A stretch of DNA of 63,542 nucleotides, the filler included, from Octopus bimaculoides (Eukaryota): NCBI RefSeq assembly GCF_001194135.2. It is 6 parts of 5 records of this genome, joined end to end, with 100 filler letters (N's around TTAATTAATTAA, not from the genome) between each part and the next. Parts side by side here need not be neighbours in the genome. Positions count along the whole stretch, not along the records: positions 1 to 23,800 come from NC_068984.1; 5 more parts are not named here. One strand, written 5' to 3'. This document shows, piece by piece, positions 1-12,265 of this stretch. Under the pieces are notes generated by a model. The model was not told the DNA's origin and ran no database searches. It saw only the letters and a program-made list of their open reading frames with translations. Each line of letters starts with the position of its first letter. The first letter of the stretch is position 1. The position numbers were made by a program, and so were the translations under genes.

Positions 1-1892
1 AAGACTCCAACAGAAATCATTGGGAAGCTGGAGAGAAATATTAAAAGTGAACTAGATTACAGCAACACCAGCAATAATGACAATCAGCTAGCAAAGGCAT
101 TGCTACATGGCTGTTCAGCCTGCTAGAAATAACTGCAAAATCTCTCAGATCAGACCTTACAGTCTTGAAAGGAGAGAAGACACATAAGCCATGGAGTTCA
201 AGAATTGCAATACCTGAGATAACAGATAGAATGGTTATGACTGGAATGTCTTTGGTCATTAGTCAGCTCAGTCAAGATTGACCTGCAGTTTACCATCACT
301 GCCAACAACAACTACAATCACACCATAACAACAAAAGAGGTTAACAAACAAGAAGGGAATAGTCAATTGGGAAGGAAGTAGCTTCTTTTTTTTTAATCAT
401 TGATGATAATACTGTTAATAAAGAGAGAAGGTGTTCTTGCCAAGAATATTTGTTTCCCTTTGTAGAATAAAATCTTGTAATTTCAGGGAGTAACTAGTTT
501 GAATTGCAGAATGGAGGTTTAAAGAAAGTGTTGGAGGTAGATGTTGGTCAATGCCATGCATCTTTAGGTCCAAATATTATCACAGGAAATGATAATGTAT
601 ATTATATTTAAGCGAAGGAAGTATGCAATTCAGTATAATCAATGGTCTCATAAGAAAAGTAGTAAAGGTCATTGCTCTTTGAAAATGACATCATTAACCT
701 AATATATCAAGTGATCTAGGGGTAGCTGACAGTCTGATTAATTCAGTTCCTTACAACTATATTGTTTAGCCTCAGGTTAACTCAATAAGTAGATCTACGA
801 GTAAAAGCATTCCATCTGTGACTATTCTGTCTTTTTAGAATAATAGAGACAGAGACAGAAAATATTGCATCTGTAAATCAATGGTTATAATACAATCAGT
901 TGGATGGCCTTTTTTAACTGTGATCTAGAATGTTCTATGTATGTGTAGCAGCTGCACTGTCCAAAGTATATGAGTGGGTGGTGAATCGTTAAAACTTAAT
1001 ACAAAATATTTTGCTGTATTTGTTCTGACTTTCTGTGATATAAATTCAATTCCTGACAAGGTCAAAAGCATCAGTCTAGGAGTGGTGAATTGGTGAAATT
1101 TTTAAAGCATCAAGCAAAAAACCTAGTGGTATTTGTTCTGGATTTTTGTATTCTGAGTTCTTGGGTAGTAGACTTAATGTGTTGCTCTGTATAACACCAC
1201 CATCTGGTGCTTGGGTGGAACAGAGAGATATGACATTATAAAACAGTGGGGATTTTATATCAAGTGTGCTAGGAAACTAAATGGGAAGAAAGAGACAAAT
1301 ATATAAAATATTATGAAATTTATCTACCTCAAAAAGGAGAACAGTGATTAATATCAGTCATGGAATCCCAGGTATATCTCAGATCTGCAGGCACATATTC
1401 AAAGTGGACTAAATCACCCAAACCATACTTGCCAATCTCAACCACCTTTAGAAAATTTATTCAAGGACAGCACTTTCCTCTCAAACCTCACCTTCTTTAA
1501 ATGGTACTTGGCCAAAACTCTATCCACAATCCTTTCAATCTTGTCCACCAAACAGACATAAGAAAACTGCCTGTCCTTCCTTCTGTGCTAAAGAAAGGCA
1601 GTAGGTCATCTCAGTCTTCTCTCTCGGTAGAACCTAAGTGAAAATATATAAATACATAGGCTTTATATGTTCTTTAAGCTTGTATGTTGTTACTACAACA
1701 CTTTTTGGCAGACGCCTAATACAGAGAGATTAAAACTGAAATGCCAAGTGCATTTGATCCTTACCACTTTGCTTCAATAGTACCACTTCTTGGCTGATTG
1801 TGCTGCACTGACTGAACGATTCTGCCTGAGAGATGTTGACTTCTTAAGAGTAGGTCTTTTTCTCAGTCTCTCTGCCTTTGTTGCCTCTCACT

Positions 1893-1894
<2 letters not shown>

Positions 1895-1946
<52 letters not shown>

Positions 1947-1987
1947 NNNNNNNNNNNNNNNNNNNNNNNNNNNNNNNNNNNNNNNNN

Positions 1988-2038
<51 letters not shown>
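1895..2038. repeat. (CT)n microsatellite spanning an N gap
   Basis: Directly visible; source of the SLSLSL ORFs. Confidence 0.95.
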
Positions 2039-2041
<3 letters not shown>

Positions 2042-2251
2042 AGCTGCATTTAATGTATTTTATCCAATAAATCTATAAACAAAAAGCACTTCCTATGTTT
2101 CTCGCACACTCACTCATTCACTTGAATGACATTGCAATAATATATGTTTTGATATATTTTCCATTTCCTTATTTCAAACAACATTTTCGTTGTGGAAACC
2201 AAATCAATGAACACTATTGTTATTACTCAAAAATAAAAGATTACTATCATC

Positions 2252-2425
2252 AAGATGGCAAGCTGGTAGAATCATTAGTGGCATTTCTTCTGGCTTCATT
2301 CTGAGTTCAAATTTGACTTTGCCTTTCATTCTTTTTGGGTCAATAAAATAGACATAACTCAAGTACTGGAGTTGACTTGCCTCTCCACTCTAAATTGCTG
2401 GTCTTGTGCCAAAATTAGAAAGAAT
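2252..2425 (+). mobile_element. tRNA-derived SINE, family B (head ~AAGGCGGCGAGCTGGCAGAATCG), decayed
   Basis: Shares gagctggcagaa...ctgagttcaaatt...gactttgcctttcatc...ggtcaataaaata...gtac with copies at 3012, 14463, 25490 and 36800. Confidence 0.75.
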
Positions 2426-2829
2426 TATCATCATCATCATTGTTTCTTTGTTTTTTTTCTTCTGTAAATGACAGTCAGAGAAGGAAAGGCAGCTTGCTCT
2501 GAATGCTTGCAACAACGTAGACCTGACTAAAGGCACTGAAGACGCCAGGTGTTGCTATAACAGTACATTGTTATTACCACATGTTCTGTTTTTATCATTG
2601 TCCTTGACTATCATCTGTTACCTCTGTGGCAAATAAACAAATTGTTATTATTATTATTATTGTACATTATATCTGCATAAAAATTAGCATCAGAAAAGCA
2701 TCCAGCCATAGATGTCTTAAAAAGTTTCACCCAATCCATATTAGCATGAAAAACTGGATGTAAAAATGGTTCTTCTCAATAGTTTAATGCAAGTAGGACC
2801 ACCTCCATGTTTTTAAAGTGTTTTCAATA

Positions 2830-2984
2830 CTCTTTTCTACTCTCGGCACAAGGCCTGACATTTATGGAGAGGGATCCGGTTAATTAGATTGACTCCAGTA
2901 TGCAACTGGTATTTAATTTATCGACCCCAAAAAGATGAAAGGTAAAGTCGACCTCAGTGGAATTTGAACTCAGAATGTAAAGAC
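2830..2984 (-). mobile_element. 5'-truncated SINE family B with 15-bp TSD
   Basis: Reverse complement of the family B body, flanked by the direct repeat aaagtgttttcaata at 2815-2829 and 2985-2999. Confidence 0.8.
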
Positions 2985-3011
2985 AAAGTGTTTTCAATAA
3001 TAAGACAGTTT

Positions 3012-3230
3012 AAAGTGGTGAGCTGGCAGAAAAGTTAGAACGCCAAGCAAAATGTTTAGTGGTATTTTGTCTGCCTTTATGTTCTGAATTCAAATTCCAC
3101 TAAGGTCGCCTTTGCCTTTCATCCTTTCAGGGTCAATAAAATAAAAACCAGTTGAACACTGAAGTCAATGTAATTGTCTTACCCAGCTCCCCTGAAATTG
3201 CTGGCCTTGTACCAAAATTTGAAATCGATA
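3012..3230 (+). mobile_element. SINE family B
   Basis: aaagtggtgagctggcag...gttctgaattcaaattcc...ctttgcctttcatcctttcagggtcaataaaataaaaaccagttg...ggccttgtaccaaaatttgaa. Confidence 0.8.
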
Positions 3231-3582
3231 TAAAGATAGTTTTTATATGATAAATGTTAAGATCATCATCTAACCTAATTGTTGTTTTTATTAAGGATCA
3301 TCTCTGATTGAGCAGGTCTGTTATTAAAATAATTCCAGCCATGCCCTTCTCACCCTATATTGGGAACTTTGTCGTTCAGTAGTGCTCTTCCATTTTTTTT
3401 TTTTTTTTCATGATGCAGTGTGTGATATGAACAAGATTTGGCTGCTGTTTCAAGCAGATTAAACAACTGTATAGAGGTTCCCTTGTTGTCTTCATTCATT
3501 GTTATTTAGTGTTAATTTTCTGCTCCTTTTACTGGATGAAAATACTTGCGTCTAAAGCAACAACAATTATAAAACAAACAAA

Positions 3583-3696
3583 AATAGCATCTCATAATGA
3601 ATAGCATCTCATAATGAATAGCATCTCATAATGAATAGCATCTCATAATGAATAGCATCTCATAATGAATAGCATCTCATAATGAATAGCATCTCA
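3583..3696. repeat. Perfect 17-bp minisatellite (AATAGCATCTCATAATG) x6 plus 12 nt
   Basis: Six identical head-to-tail units counted directly, with no spacers. Confidence 0.95.
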
Positions 3697-5068
3697 CATA
3701 ATTTCACGAGAACTAATTCAATGCCTCTTCCTATGTGTTAACTTCTTCCTATATACACTTCATAAATAATAGGTAGGTAAAGTATATAATTTAGAGAATG
3801 ATAGTGAAAATGAAAAAAGATAGTGTAGTGAGGGTGAGAAAAAGATAGAATACGATATTTAGAGAAAGTGGAAGAGTTTCCAGAGTTATAAATGATATGC
3901 TTCGTTTTCAAAAAGCATTGTGATGGTTTTGTGAACAACTAGGTTTTTATGAAATATATGAAAATACATAAAAATTCACGTGAGCACAGCCACACCTGAT
4001 GATTCTGTTGATGCCAATGTAGGATCACCTAATTTCTGATGAGCACAATTGTGTATCTATGTATATGTGGGTGCATCGGCACATATATATATACATAGAT
4101 ACTTCCATACTTATATACATATGTATATAAATATGTACACACACACATGCATTTGTGTGTACATTTAGATGCATTCATACATGAACACACATATGTATAT
4201 ATTTATATACATAGAAACAAATTTTCTGACATTGGTGCACTCAGTTGATCCTATTGATTTGTATAGAAAACATTGAACTGTGTGTAGCAGTGCATATCAG
4301 CATCCACACATGCACACACACTTGTATATAAGTATATTAGTGGGTGTGTTAAGGATCCTGCTCGGTCGCACTATATACAGCGGCATTATATTGTGTGTGC
4401 ATGAACAACACACTGACATGTGCACATATTATGATATTGTGCCATCACCAGCATGCATACACCTGTTTTGTGTCATTGAATCATATTAAAACTGCACCGA
4501 GTTGCAAATATTTGCTGCACACCTATGCTTACACATATACATATATGTGTATTTGTGCATGAATGTATGTAAATGTATGCAAAAATGTGTGTGTGTGTGT
4601 ATGTGTACCTATTTATATATATAGATAGATATGCACCCACACAAATACACACATTCACTCACCTTCTGGCTCTCACTTCTCCTTTTTCACTTCCTCTCTC
4701 TCATTCTCTTTCCTATATGTAGTGTATCTGTGGATGCGTTTGTGTGACGCATGCACATATGCATTCATACACATGCTCTCTTTCTTCTAATTTTTTTTCT
4801 AATGTCTCTTCCCCTCTTTCTTTCTTATTTGGTGTGTATGCACACACACACACACACACATGCACCCTCTCTCTCCTCCCAAATCCTCTCCCTATCTCTC
4901 TCCTCCCACTTCCTCCCTCCCCTTCTCTCTCTTTCTTTCTTCCTACCTGTCTCTCACACTTCATTGATCTGTGATAAGAAGTGTAACAACAAATAAGGGT
5001 TACAACTTCTCAAATCTAATTGTATTCTTGTGCATGCATACGTCGAAATACACACAAGTACATGTACA

Positions 5069-5107
<39 letters not shown>

Positions 5108-6091
5108 ATACATAAACATTCAATCAATTGATTTTGCAATCTGTAACACATTGTGTAAGGGATTGGCAACAGGATGCAGGCACACACGCACACAAATACA
5201 TGCACACACACAAACGAATACATGCACACGCACAAATACATACACACACACACTATTACACACATAACCATTCAGTCAATCGATTTTGCAATCAGTAATA
5301 CACAGTTTGGTAAGGGATTGGATACACAGTAAAACACACACATACACATATTTAAGGTTAAATGTACAATGTATACAGAAGAGAGGTAAATGACACTACA
5401 TGCACCTCCTGCCAACAAACACATACCTATTTCTACCTCCTCCTCCACCATCTCCCCCTTTTACAACTACATGCACACACACACACAAACACACACACAT
5501 TTCCTCCTCCTCCTACAACTACTACTCCTACTCCTACTACCACACCTACCTCTCTTTAAATTCTCTTCTCAATCACTGGGAGAAGAACACCTATTGATGA
5601 TGATGAGGATGTTGACGATGATGATCAGGATGGTGATAACCTGATCGATATTTCACTGTATTGAAAGCTGATTGGCTGATATCTCGGTTGGAAGTGAACT
5701 GAAATAGGACATTGACCCCTTCATAATCAGCCTCTTACTCTTCCTCTTATTCACCATCCCCCTTTCCCTTCATCACCTCTTATCTTACACCACTACAACC
5801 ATGAAAGAATTACTACTGCTTCTACAACTTACTGTTCTGCTATCATCAGGCTACAACAACTATTATTACTGCTACTACTAGCCCCTTATTACTAGTATAC
5901 ATATATGCATACTACTAGTACTACTACTACATTTGACTGTTACAACGTATTTACATTATGATACATAGTTGACTATTTTAATGTACTACTGTTTCTAGTA
6001 CATATAACAGATATATACGTATATGTATGTGTGTATATGTACACACACACACACACACATATCTGTATGCATATGTATACACACATGTATA

Positions 6092-6131
<40 letters not shown>

Positions 6132-6502
6132 TGTATGTATATATACATATGTGTGTTTGTAAATATATGTATATATATTTTGCTTAGGCTTTATATGCTA
6201 ATAACCTGGTGTTAGAACTTGATATCCATATGCTTTAGAATGAAACATCAGTTGAGTACAGAGCAGTAATAACAAATCAACATGACAAAGGAACAAACAA
6301 TTATGTTATGAACTTTGTTAGCTTACAGCCATTTCTGCTATAATATGCAATGTACTCATAGTTGAATGTTTAAGTATCAGTGAATAGCTTCATTGTAGCT
6401 TCAAACATGAAGTGAAGCACATTACATTTTATAGCAGAAACAACTGTAAGCTAATAATTGTGTGTGTGTGTGTGTGTGCACTTACATACATACATATATA
6501 TA

Positions 6503-7259
6503 CATGGTCTGATCAATAAGTATCCGGATTGTTGCCATAGTAACAAAGCTAAAGCACACAGAGTGAAGCTGCTTGGCACAGATTGACCTTGAACTCTGAT
6601 GTGTATGCTCACTAAGTTTTAACGTTCTAGCTCATTTTACTGTTTACAGCAGTGTTTGGAAGGAAGGTGTGTAGCATGTGATCATTGCTTTGACCATGAC
6701 AGAGAAAATTGAGCAGAGAATCTGAATCAAATTTTGCCAAAAGCATGGCAATACCTGCTCAGAAGCCTATGCAAAGGTTTCAAAAAGTTTTCATCATTCT
6801 CAACATAATCAAGGAGATCTTGTGCAACTGAAACCCAAGTGTCTTTTTGGTCAGCTGAAAGTAAGTAATAATGGACTGAACTGAACCGTAATTAATCAGC
6901 ACATCCTCTGATAACTCACAGATGGTAATTCAATGACTTTCTCTCACAGCTGCATGCACATCTGCAATGTTTTTATCAGTTCTGCTGGTTGTGGGTCTCC
7001 CAGAGCGTTTGTTAATATTGACATTTTTTCAGCCATCTTGGAAACATCCGAACCACTCATACACTTGTATGCAGCTCATACACTCCTCTCCATACACTTT
7101 CTGCAACTTTGCGTAAGCCTCTGAGCAGATATCACCATGACAACTTTCTTTGTCATGGTCAATGCGTCAATCACTTGCTACACACCTTCCTTCCAAGCTC
7201 TGCTGTAAACAGTGGAAGTGAATTAAAAAACAGTCCGAATACTTATTGATCAGACCTTA
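6503..7259. mobile_element. Non-autonomous mariner element made of two inverted 5' ends
   Basis: TA on both flanks (6501-6502, 7260-7261). TIRs are ggtctgatcaataagtatccgga / tccgaatacttattgatcagacc. The + arm encodes MTEKIEQRI*IKFCQKHGNTCSEAYAK. The - arm encodes CSEAYAKLQKVYGEECMS...VYEWF...RSGRPTTSRTDKNIA, the N-terminal HTH region of a mariner transposase. Confidence 0.85.
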
Positions 7260-7349
7260 TANNNNNNNNNNNNNNNNNNNNNNNNNNNNNNNNNNNNNNN
7301 NNNNNNNNNNNNNNNNNNNNNNNNNNNNNNNNNNNNNNNNNNNNNNNNT

Positions 7350-7575
7350 ATAAATATTTAGTAAATGGGGTAAAACGCATATGTTAAATGAATTCTTTTA
7401 TTTCCAACATGTCTTACGGTTAAGCTGGTTCCTATGTATTTCCCTGAAGAGAAGATTACATCCTTATCAACATCACCTATTCCTATGGAAGGTATAATTT
7501 GTAATCTTCGAAACATATGTTGGAAATAAAAGAATTCATTTAATATATGCGTTTTACTCTATTTACTAAATTTTT
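7350..7575. mobile_element. Penelope-like terminal (pLTR-type) palindromic remnant
   Basis: Inverted arms of about 60 bp (7351-7411 vs 7514-7575, e.g. gaattcttttatttccaacat / atgttggaaataaaagaattc) flank the hammerhead core. Inverted termini plus a hammerhead are typical of PLE ends. Confidence 0.55.
7437..7528 (+). ncRNA. Type I hammerhead ribozyme motif (PLE-associated minimal type)
   Basis: Stem I tatttcc (7437-7443) pairs with ggaaata (7522-7528). Core CTGAAGA is at 7444-7450. Stem II gaagattaca (7451-7460) pairs with tgtaatcttc (7500-7509), a perfect 10 bp. GAAA is at 7510-7513. A short stem III carries palindromic CATATG, followed by a GUU triplet, with predicted cleavage after 7521. 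Confidence 0.75.
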
Positions 7576-10449
7576 ATATATTTACTCAAGTACCCAAAAT
7601 AACAAGGGGTTTCTACCTCATAAACAGGAGTTACACCACAGTCATTTTGTGATCTTTGCTACCCTGGTATCTATTAACCAATTTATTTTGTCCTAGTTAA
7701 TTATTAACTTAGAGAAAATAAATACATATAATAAAATATATATATATATATATATATATATAACTAATTTAGAGACGGACCACCACTCTACAACTCAGTC
7801 AACTCAGAACCCATCCAAATCCATGCTGTGTGGCATATACCATCTTAATATATCTGATGTTTTAATCTAAAAATTTAAATTAAATAACATATTATATAAA
7901 TAAATCATATAATTAAATCATAGAAATATTAATTTTAAAAATTTAGAAGGCAAATATATAAATTGAACAGTAAAAATTAATATGATAATATTCAGTATGG
8001 AAGTATTGGATGGTTTAATTTATATATTTATATATATATGTGTGTGTGTGTGTGATTCTATAATTTAACTTGAATGAGTTGTGGATTAAACCAGTGAAAT
8101 TTTGGATATGTTAATCCCTTACAATCAGTCAAGAGTTGTCCGTTAAAATTCTGTTCTGTTTCTCCTTTATCTCTATTCTATGAATCTGAAGTGTAATCTT
8201 ATATTCCTGTGAAGTATTTCAAATTAATAATTAGAGCAATTGATCTTAAATTACTGTTATTTAAATCTTTGAAATATCCTGTGAACAGAGACAACTGCTG
8301 TTCAGATATAACATTTCAGTGTTTCAGAAATGTAGTTTAAATAAGGGAGTTTTGAACAGCAAATGCTATGTAGTTTAATAAGGGAACACCTAAAACATCA
8401 TAAATCAAACTCTAATCATCAATTTTTACCAGTTGCCTTGCTTCCCATCATTTTGATTTTTGACATTTACAAATATAGATATTTATGAAAAAAAAAAAAT
8501 TAGCTCATTGATTTTTTTGATATTGTGAATGATAATAATGTTGCTGTCACCTTTTTCAATTATGTCTGATTGTACCTTTCATATTATTCTCTCTTTTATA
8601 AAAGGTCATTTTAAACAGATTGATATCGAGAATTGATTAAAGGTCATTCAAAACTATTTAAGTAGCTAGAATAATTATCTGTAAAAACATTCTCTTAGAC
8701 AAGTTATTGATGGCTCTTTTATGTGGGCCCCATGATATATAAATTATTTAGGTTAGGAAAAAATGAATAAAGACGTTAAGTGTTTATCTGATCAAATACC
8801 CAGAATGAATAACTTGGCTGTGTAGTTAAGTATGTTTGTTTTACAAACATGTTGTTTTGGGTTCAAACTTACCGTGTTGGACCTTACCTTCTGTGTAGAA
8901 TTTTGTTGTGCAGAAAACCACTAAACAGATGTTTTGAAATGAAAATATGTGTTCTACTTGAGTTTCATAGACACTTCCTTGTCATAGCATTTGGAAAATT
9001 GCAACCAGCAATGCTGTTTGTTCACAAAGTAAATACTTTATAACAAGTATAGGATTTTACCAAAGAACTTTACTTTTAAATGGAAGTCATTGAATTATTT
9101 TTAATATTATTTGATATAACCATGCAATGAATAAATAACATTTCATTGTTTTGTTGTAAATAGACTAAACAAAGTTGTCTATGTAAAACATTTATCATAA
9201 GCATGATGTTTTAGCAGTTAGACATAAGGTAGTGATGTAACAGATTATCACTGATTCGCAAAATACCTAATTAACCTTGATTCTCTTAATGTGTGATCTG
9301 AACCTGGGAAATAGAATGTATTGTTGTTTAGCTCCAGGTCATTCCTATATTCCAAAGTGTTCGATTCATGACCAATGAGTTATCTTTTTAAACTTTAGAA
9401 CTACTTTATCCAAAATATCTATCTTTTACTAAGATGGTAGTGTGTGATTTGAGAGGCTTTTGGTTGTTATTTCTAGCAGCTTGAGTAACCATCTACAGGC
9501 TTCCTCATTAGCTTGATAGATTAAGCTGAGATGAGCTAGGTATCGTAAGTATTATATATTGAATGATATCATGACAGAGGTGGCTATTGTATTTTGAACC
9601 TGTGTTGAAAATGTGACAGTTATTACAATACCAATATTAAACTCGACTCATTCCATCAGTAGGTTAGATAAGCCCTTTACAAGCATAACTACAGCCTCAG
9701 GGGTTTGTTTTTCAATCAGAATCTATTCTCAGCTGGACTACTCCAAGCATAGTCACTTAATGTACTTTATCATGCTAACACCATTTTCAAATTTATCTCA
9801 CACAGAACTTCTTAGCAAATTTTTTTTATCTCTGATGATGGTTACTAAAATAGAAAATTAAAATAAAGCTTTATTTATTTACTATTTGCACTAAAGTGGA
9901 TACATAAATAAATAAATGCTTAAAGTATTAATAATATAGATATCATTTTAGTATTTCATAACTAAGTCAAACATGGCTGAATTGAAGCCAAAATCAGGAC
10001 TTTTAACTAAAAATAATACAAATCTGAACATAACAACAAAATTTGAAATAAAACAAATCTATTCATTTGGGAACTAAATTTCAATTATGAAGTGCTTATT
10101 CAATATGTCAGTATGCCAACCTTAGACAGAAATATTTATTTCTAATGTCAATAGTTGGCCTGATGCCATTGTGCATGAAGATTGCATTCTACAAACAATT
10201 TTCTCTTTGTTCTAAAATCATTGTTTTAACATTAATGTTTTCCACTAACATAAATTCTGTTGCTTAGAGGTAGTATATTCAAACTAAGGATATCATTTTT
10301 CCTTAACCAGTATATGTTCAGTAGGTTTATAAATTCATATATTTTTATTATGAATTGTTAGCATGGTAGGTTTACAATTTAATTGCTCAACAAATGTGGG
10401 AGGAGTGCCTTTTATGGTATACACAATATAAAGTGTTGTGTGCATACAT

Positions 10450-11040
10450 CAATGACTGATGCATCTGGACACATCTTCAGTGATGTGCCTGGTATCATCA
10501 AGTATTTTGGGTCTTTCTACATCATACATCCTCCTCCAAGTGACCCAGCTGGGGCTGATCCGACCCCAGCTTGTGTCCAGATGGCCAACTAACTACCCTA
10601 TGGCTCTCCTCTTTTGATCCACAGCCATCGTGAAGCCCTCTCTGCCGTATTGGTGGTACTGCAGATGGCCTTCCTCCTTCTCACTCCCTCGATACCCAAA
10701 CTGCTGAAGACTCTTGTCAGGGAATAGGCTGTGAAACCCCTGCATCCAACCTCCACTGGGAAACACCTCACTCTCCAACCAGACCTGTGTACTTGGAGAG
10801 CTTTCTCTCAAAAGCTTCTTCCAGGCGATCTTCCCATAGGACAGTCAGCTCCAGTAGCACCACTTGCTTGGTGGACACGATGACAATGTCTGGTTGCAGG
10901 GTGGTGACCACAATGTGGCCAGGGAACTTAAGCTGATACTCAAGATCCACCAGTAGCTGCCTGTCTCTTGCAGATGTTAGGATGCCCACCGATGTTTTTC
11001 TGGCTGGGGTTAGCTGACAAAAGGCGATGGTTTTCTTGGA
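10450..11040 (-). mobile_element. HERO-type (R2 superfamily, RLE endonuclease) LINE, 3' fragment
   Basis: ORF 10768-11193 contains ARDRQLLVDLEYQLKFPGHIVVTTLQPDIVIV...VVLLELTVLWEDRLEEAFERKLSKY, a PD..E restriction-like endonuclease motif of HERO type, followed by a GC-richer 3' UTR. Confidence 0.8.
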
Positions 11041-11518
11041 GAGTAAATATCTTGTATTAATCTTGTCTAATTTAATAAGTGATATAAACATGTTCAAAAG
11101 TCTTGAGAAATATGTCAGCCAAGAACAGTGTAGAATACATACTTGCAAGGATTCCTTTTTGTTGTACAACTGTATTCCTATAATGGCAGTCAAAAGCTAG
11201 TTGTAATTTGTTGCTAGATACATCTGTCATGGTAATTGGTCATGGTAGCCCACTGGACAGTCAATCATGAAGATCTTATAATAACTGGAACAAGATGAGA
11301 CAGGGTTATCAGTGGTGTAAATGTGGTTATGTAATTAATATGTTCTCTTTTCAGTTTTGTGGTTCTGGATTCAATTTCACTGTGTAGTATCTTGGGCAAG
11401 TGTCTTTTACCATAGTTTTGAGCTAACCAATGAATAAATCACAGATATACTAGAATATGATGATCACAATTGATATGTCTTCGATCATAGGTCTACTTGA
11501 TCAGGGCTAAATTCCAAC

Positions 11519-11933
11519 CAGTAGCGTAACTAGGTGGGGGCAGGGGGGGCACGTGCCCCAGGTGCTGATTCAAGGGGGGGGGACCTCATCAAAAGCAAGA
11601 AAGATGAGACTTTAAACAATTGTATTTTTTTTATTACATCTCATTTCACACATTAGGTTTTTTTAATGATTCAATCGGGGAAGTTGGTGCATTAAATGAT
11701 TAAAATAAGGAGGTTTCGTAAAAGTAAACATTAAAAAAATACATTTTGAATTACAGGCTGTACCGAACTGGCAGGTAAATGAACCCTGGTAAAGTATTTA
11801 TTCTGAAAATATTGCTTTAAAACATTAATTACTTGTAACAAATAAGTACTATATAATATTGTAGATTTTGTAATGGGAGGGAGTGCATTTTTGCAGCTTC
11901 CCCTGGGCACAGTTTACCCTAGCTATGCCACTG
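11519..11933. mobile_element. hAT-superfamily MITE
   Basis: TIRs cagtagcgtaactagg / cctagctatgccactg and a perfect 8-bp TSD attccaac (11511-11518, 11934-11941). No coding capacity. Confidence 0.85.
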
Positions 11934-12009
11934 ATTCCAACAGCAACATAATCCAGTTTAGTGTTATATTTCTATAATGTACCTCTTTATTATTTATCAA
12001 TATATCATA

Positions 12010-12265
12010 TAGGTGCAGGCATAGTAAAATGTTTGCTTCCCAACCACATAGTTTCAGGTTTAATCCCACTGAATGTCACCTTGAGCAAGTATCTTTTATA
12101 GTTCTGGACTGGCTAAAGACTTATGAGTGTAAACATATCTTATCATGGGGAAATATTACCTTACTTGAAAACAGATGAGGGTTGGCAACAGGAAGAGCAT
12201 CCAGCTGTAGAAAACTGAACCTCAACAAATTCCATCTCGCCCATGTGAGCACGGAAAAGTGAATC
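12010..12265 (+). mobile_element. SINE with family A head and a different, RTE-like 3' tail
   Basis: Head aggtgcagg...cttcccaaccacat...caccttgagcaagt; tail gggttggcaacaggaagagcatccagctgtagaaa, related to the 49140-49400 repeat. Confidence 0.6.

Noticed and set aside
3583-3696. CRISPR-like regular repeat
   Set aside because: The units are contiguous with no unique spacers, the context is eukaryotic, and there are no cas genes.
5390-5720. Pro/Thr/Asp-rich frames that could be an upstream exon of the zinc-finger gene
   Set aside because: Low-complexity trinucleotide sequence, no family motifs (AAMVLTSL, PSTPSPP, PRKRK) and no convincing splice pair.
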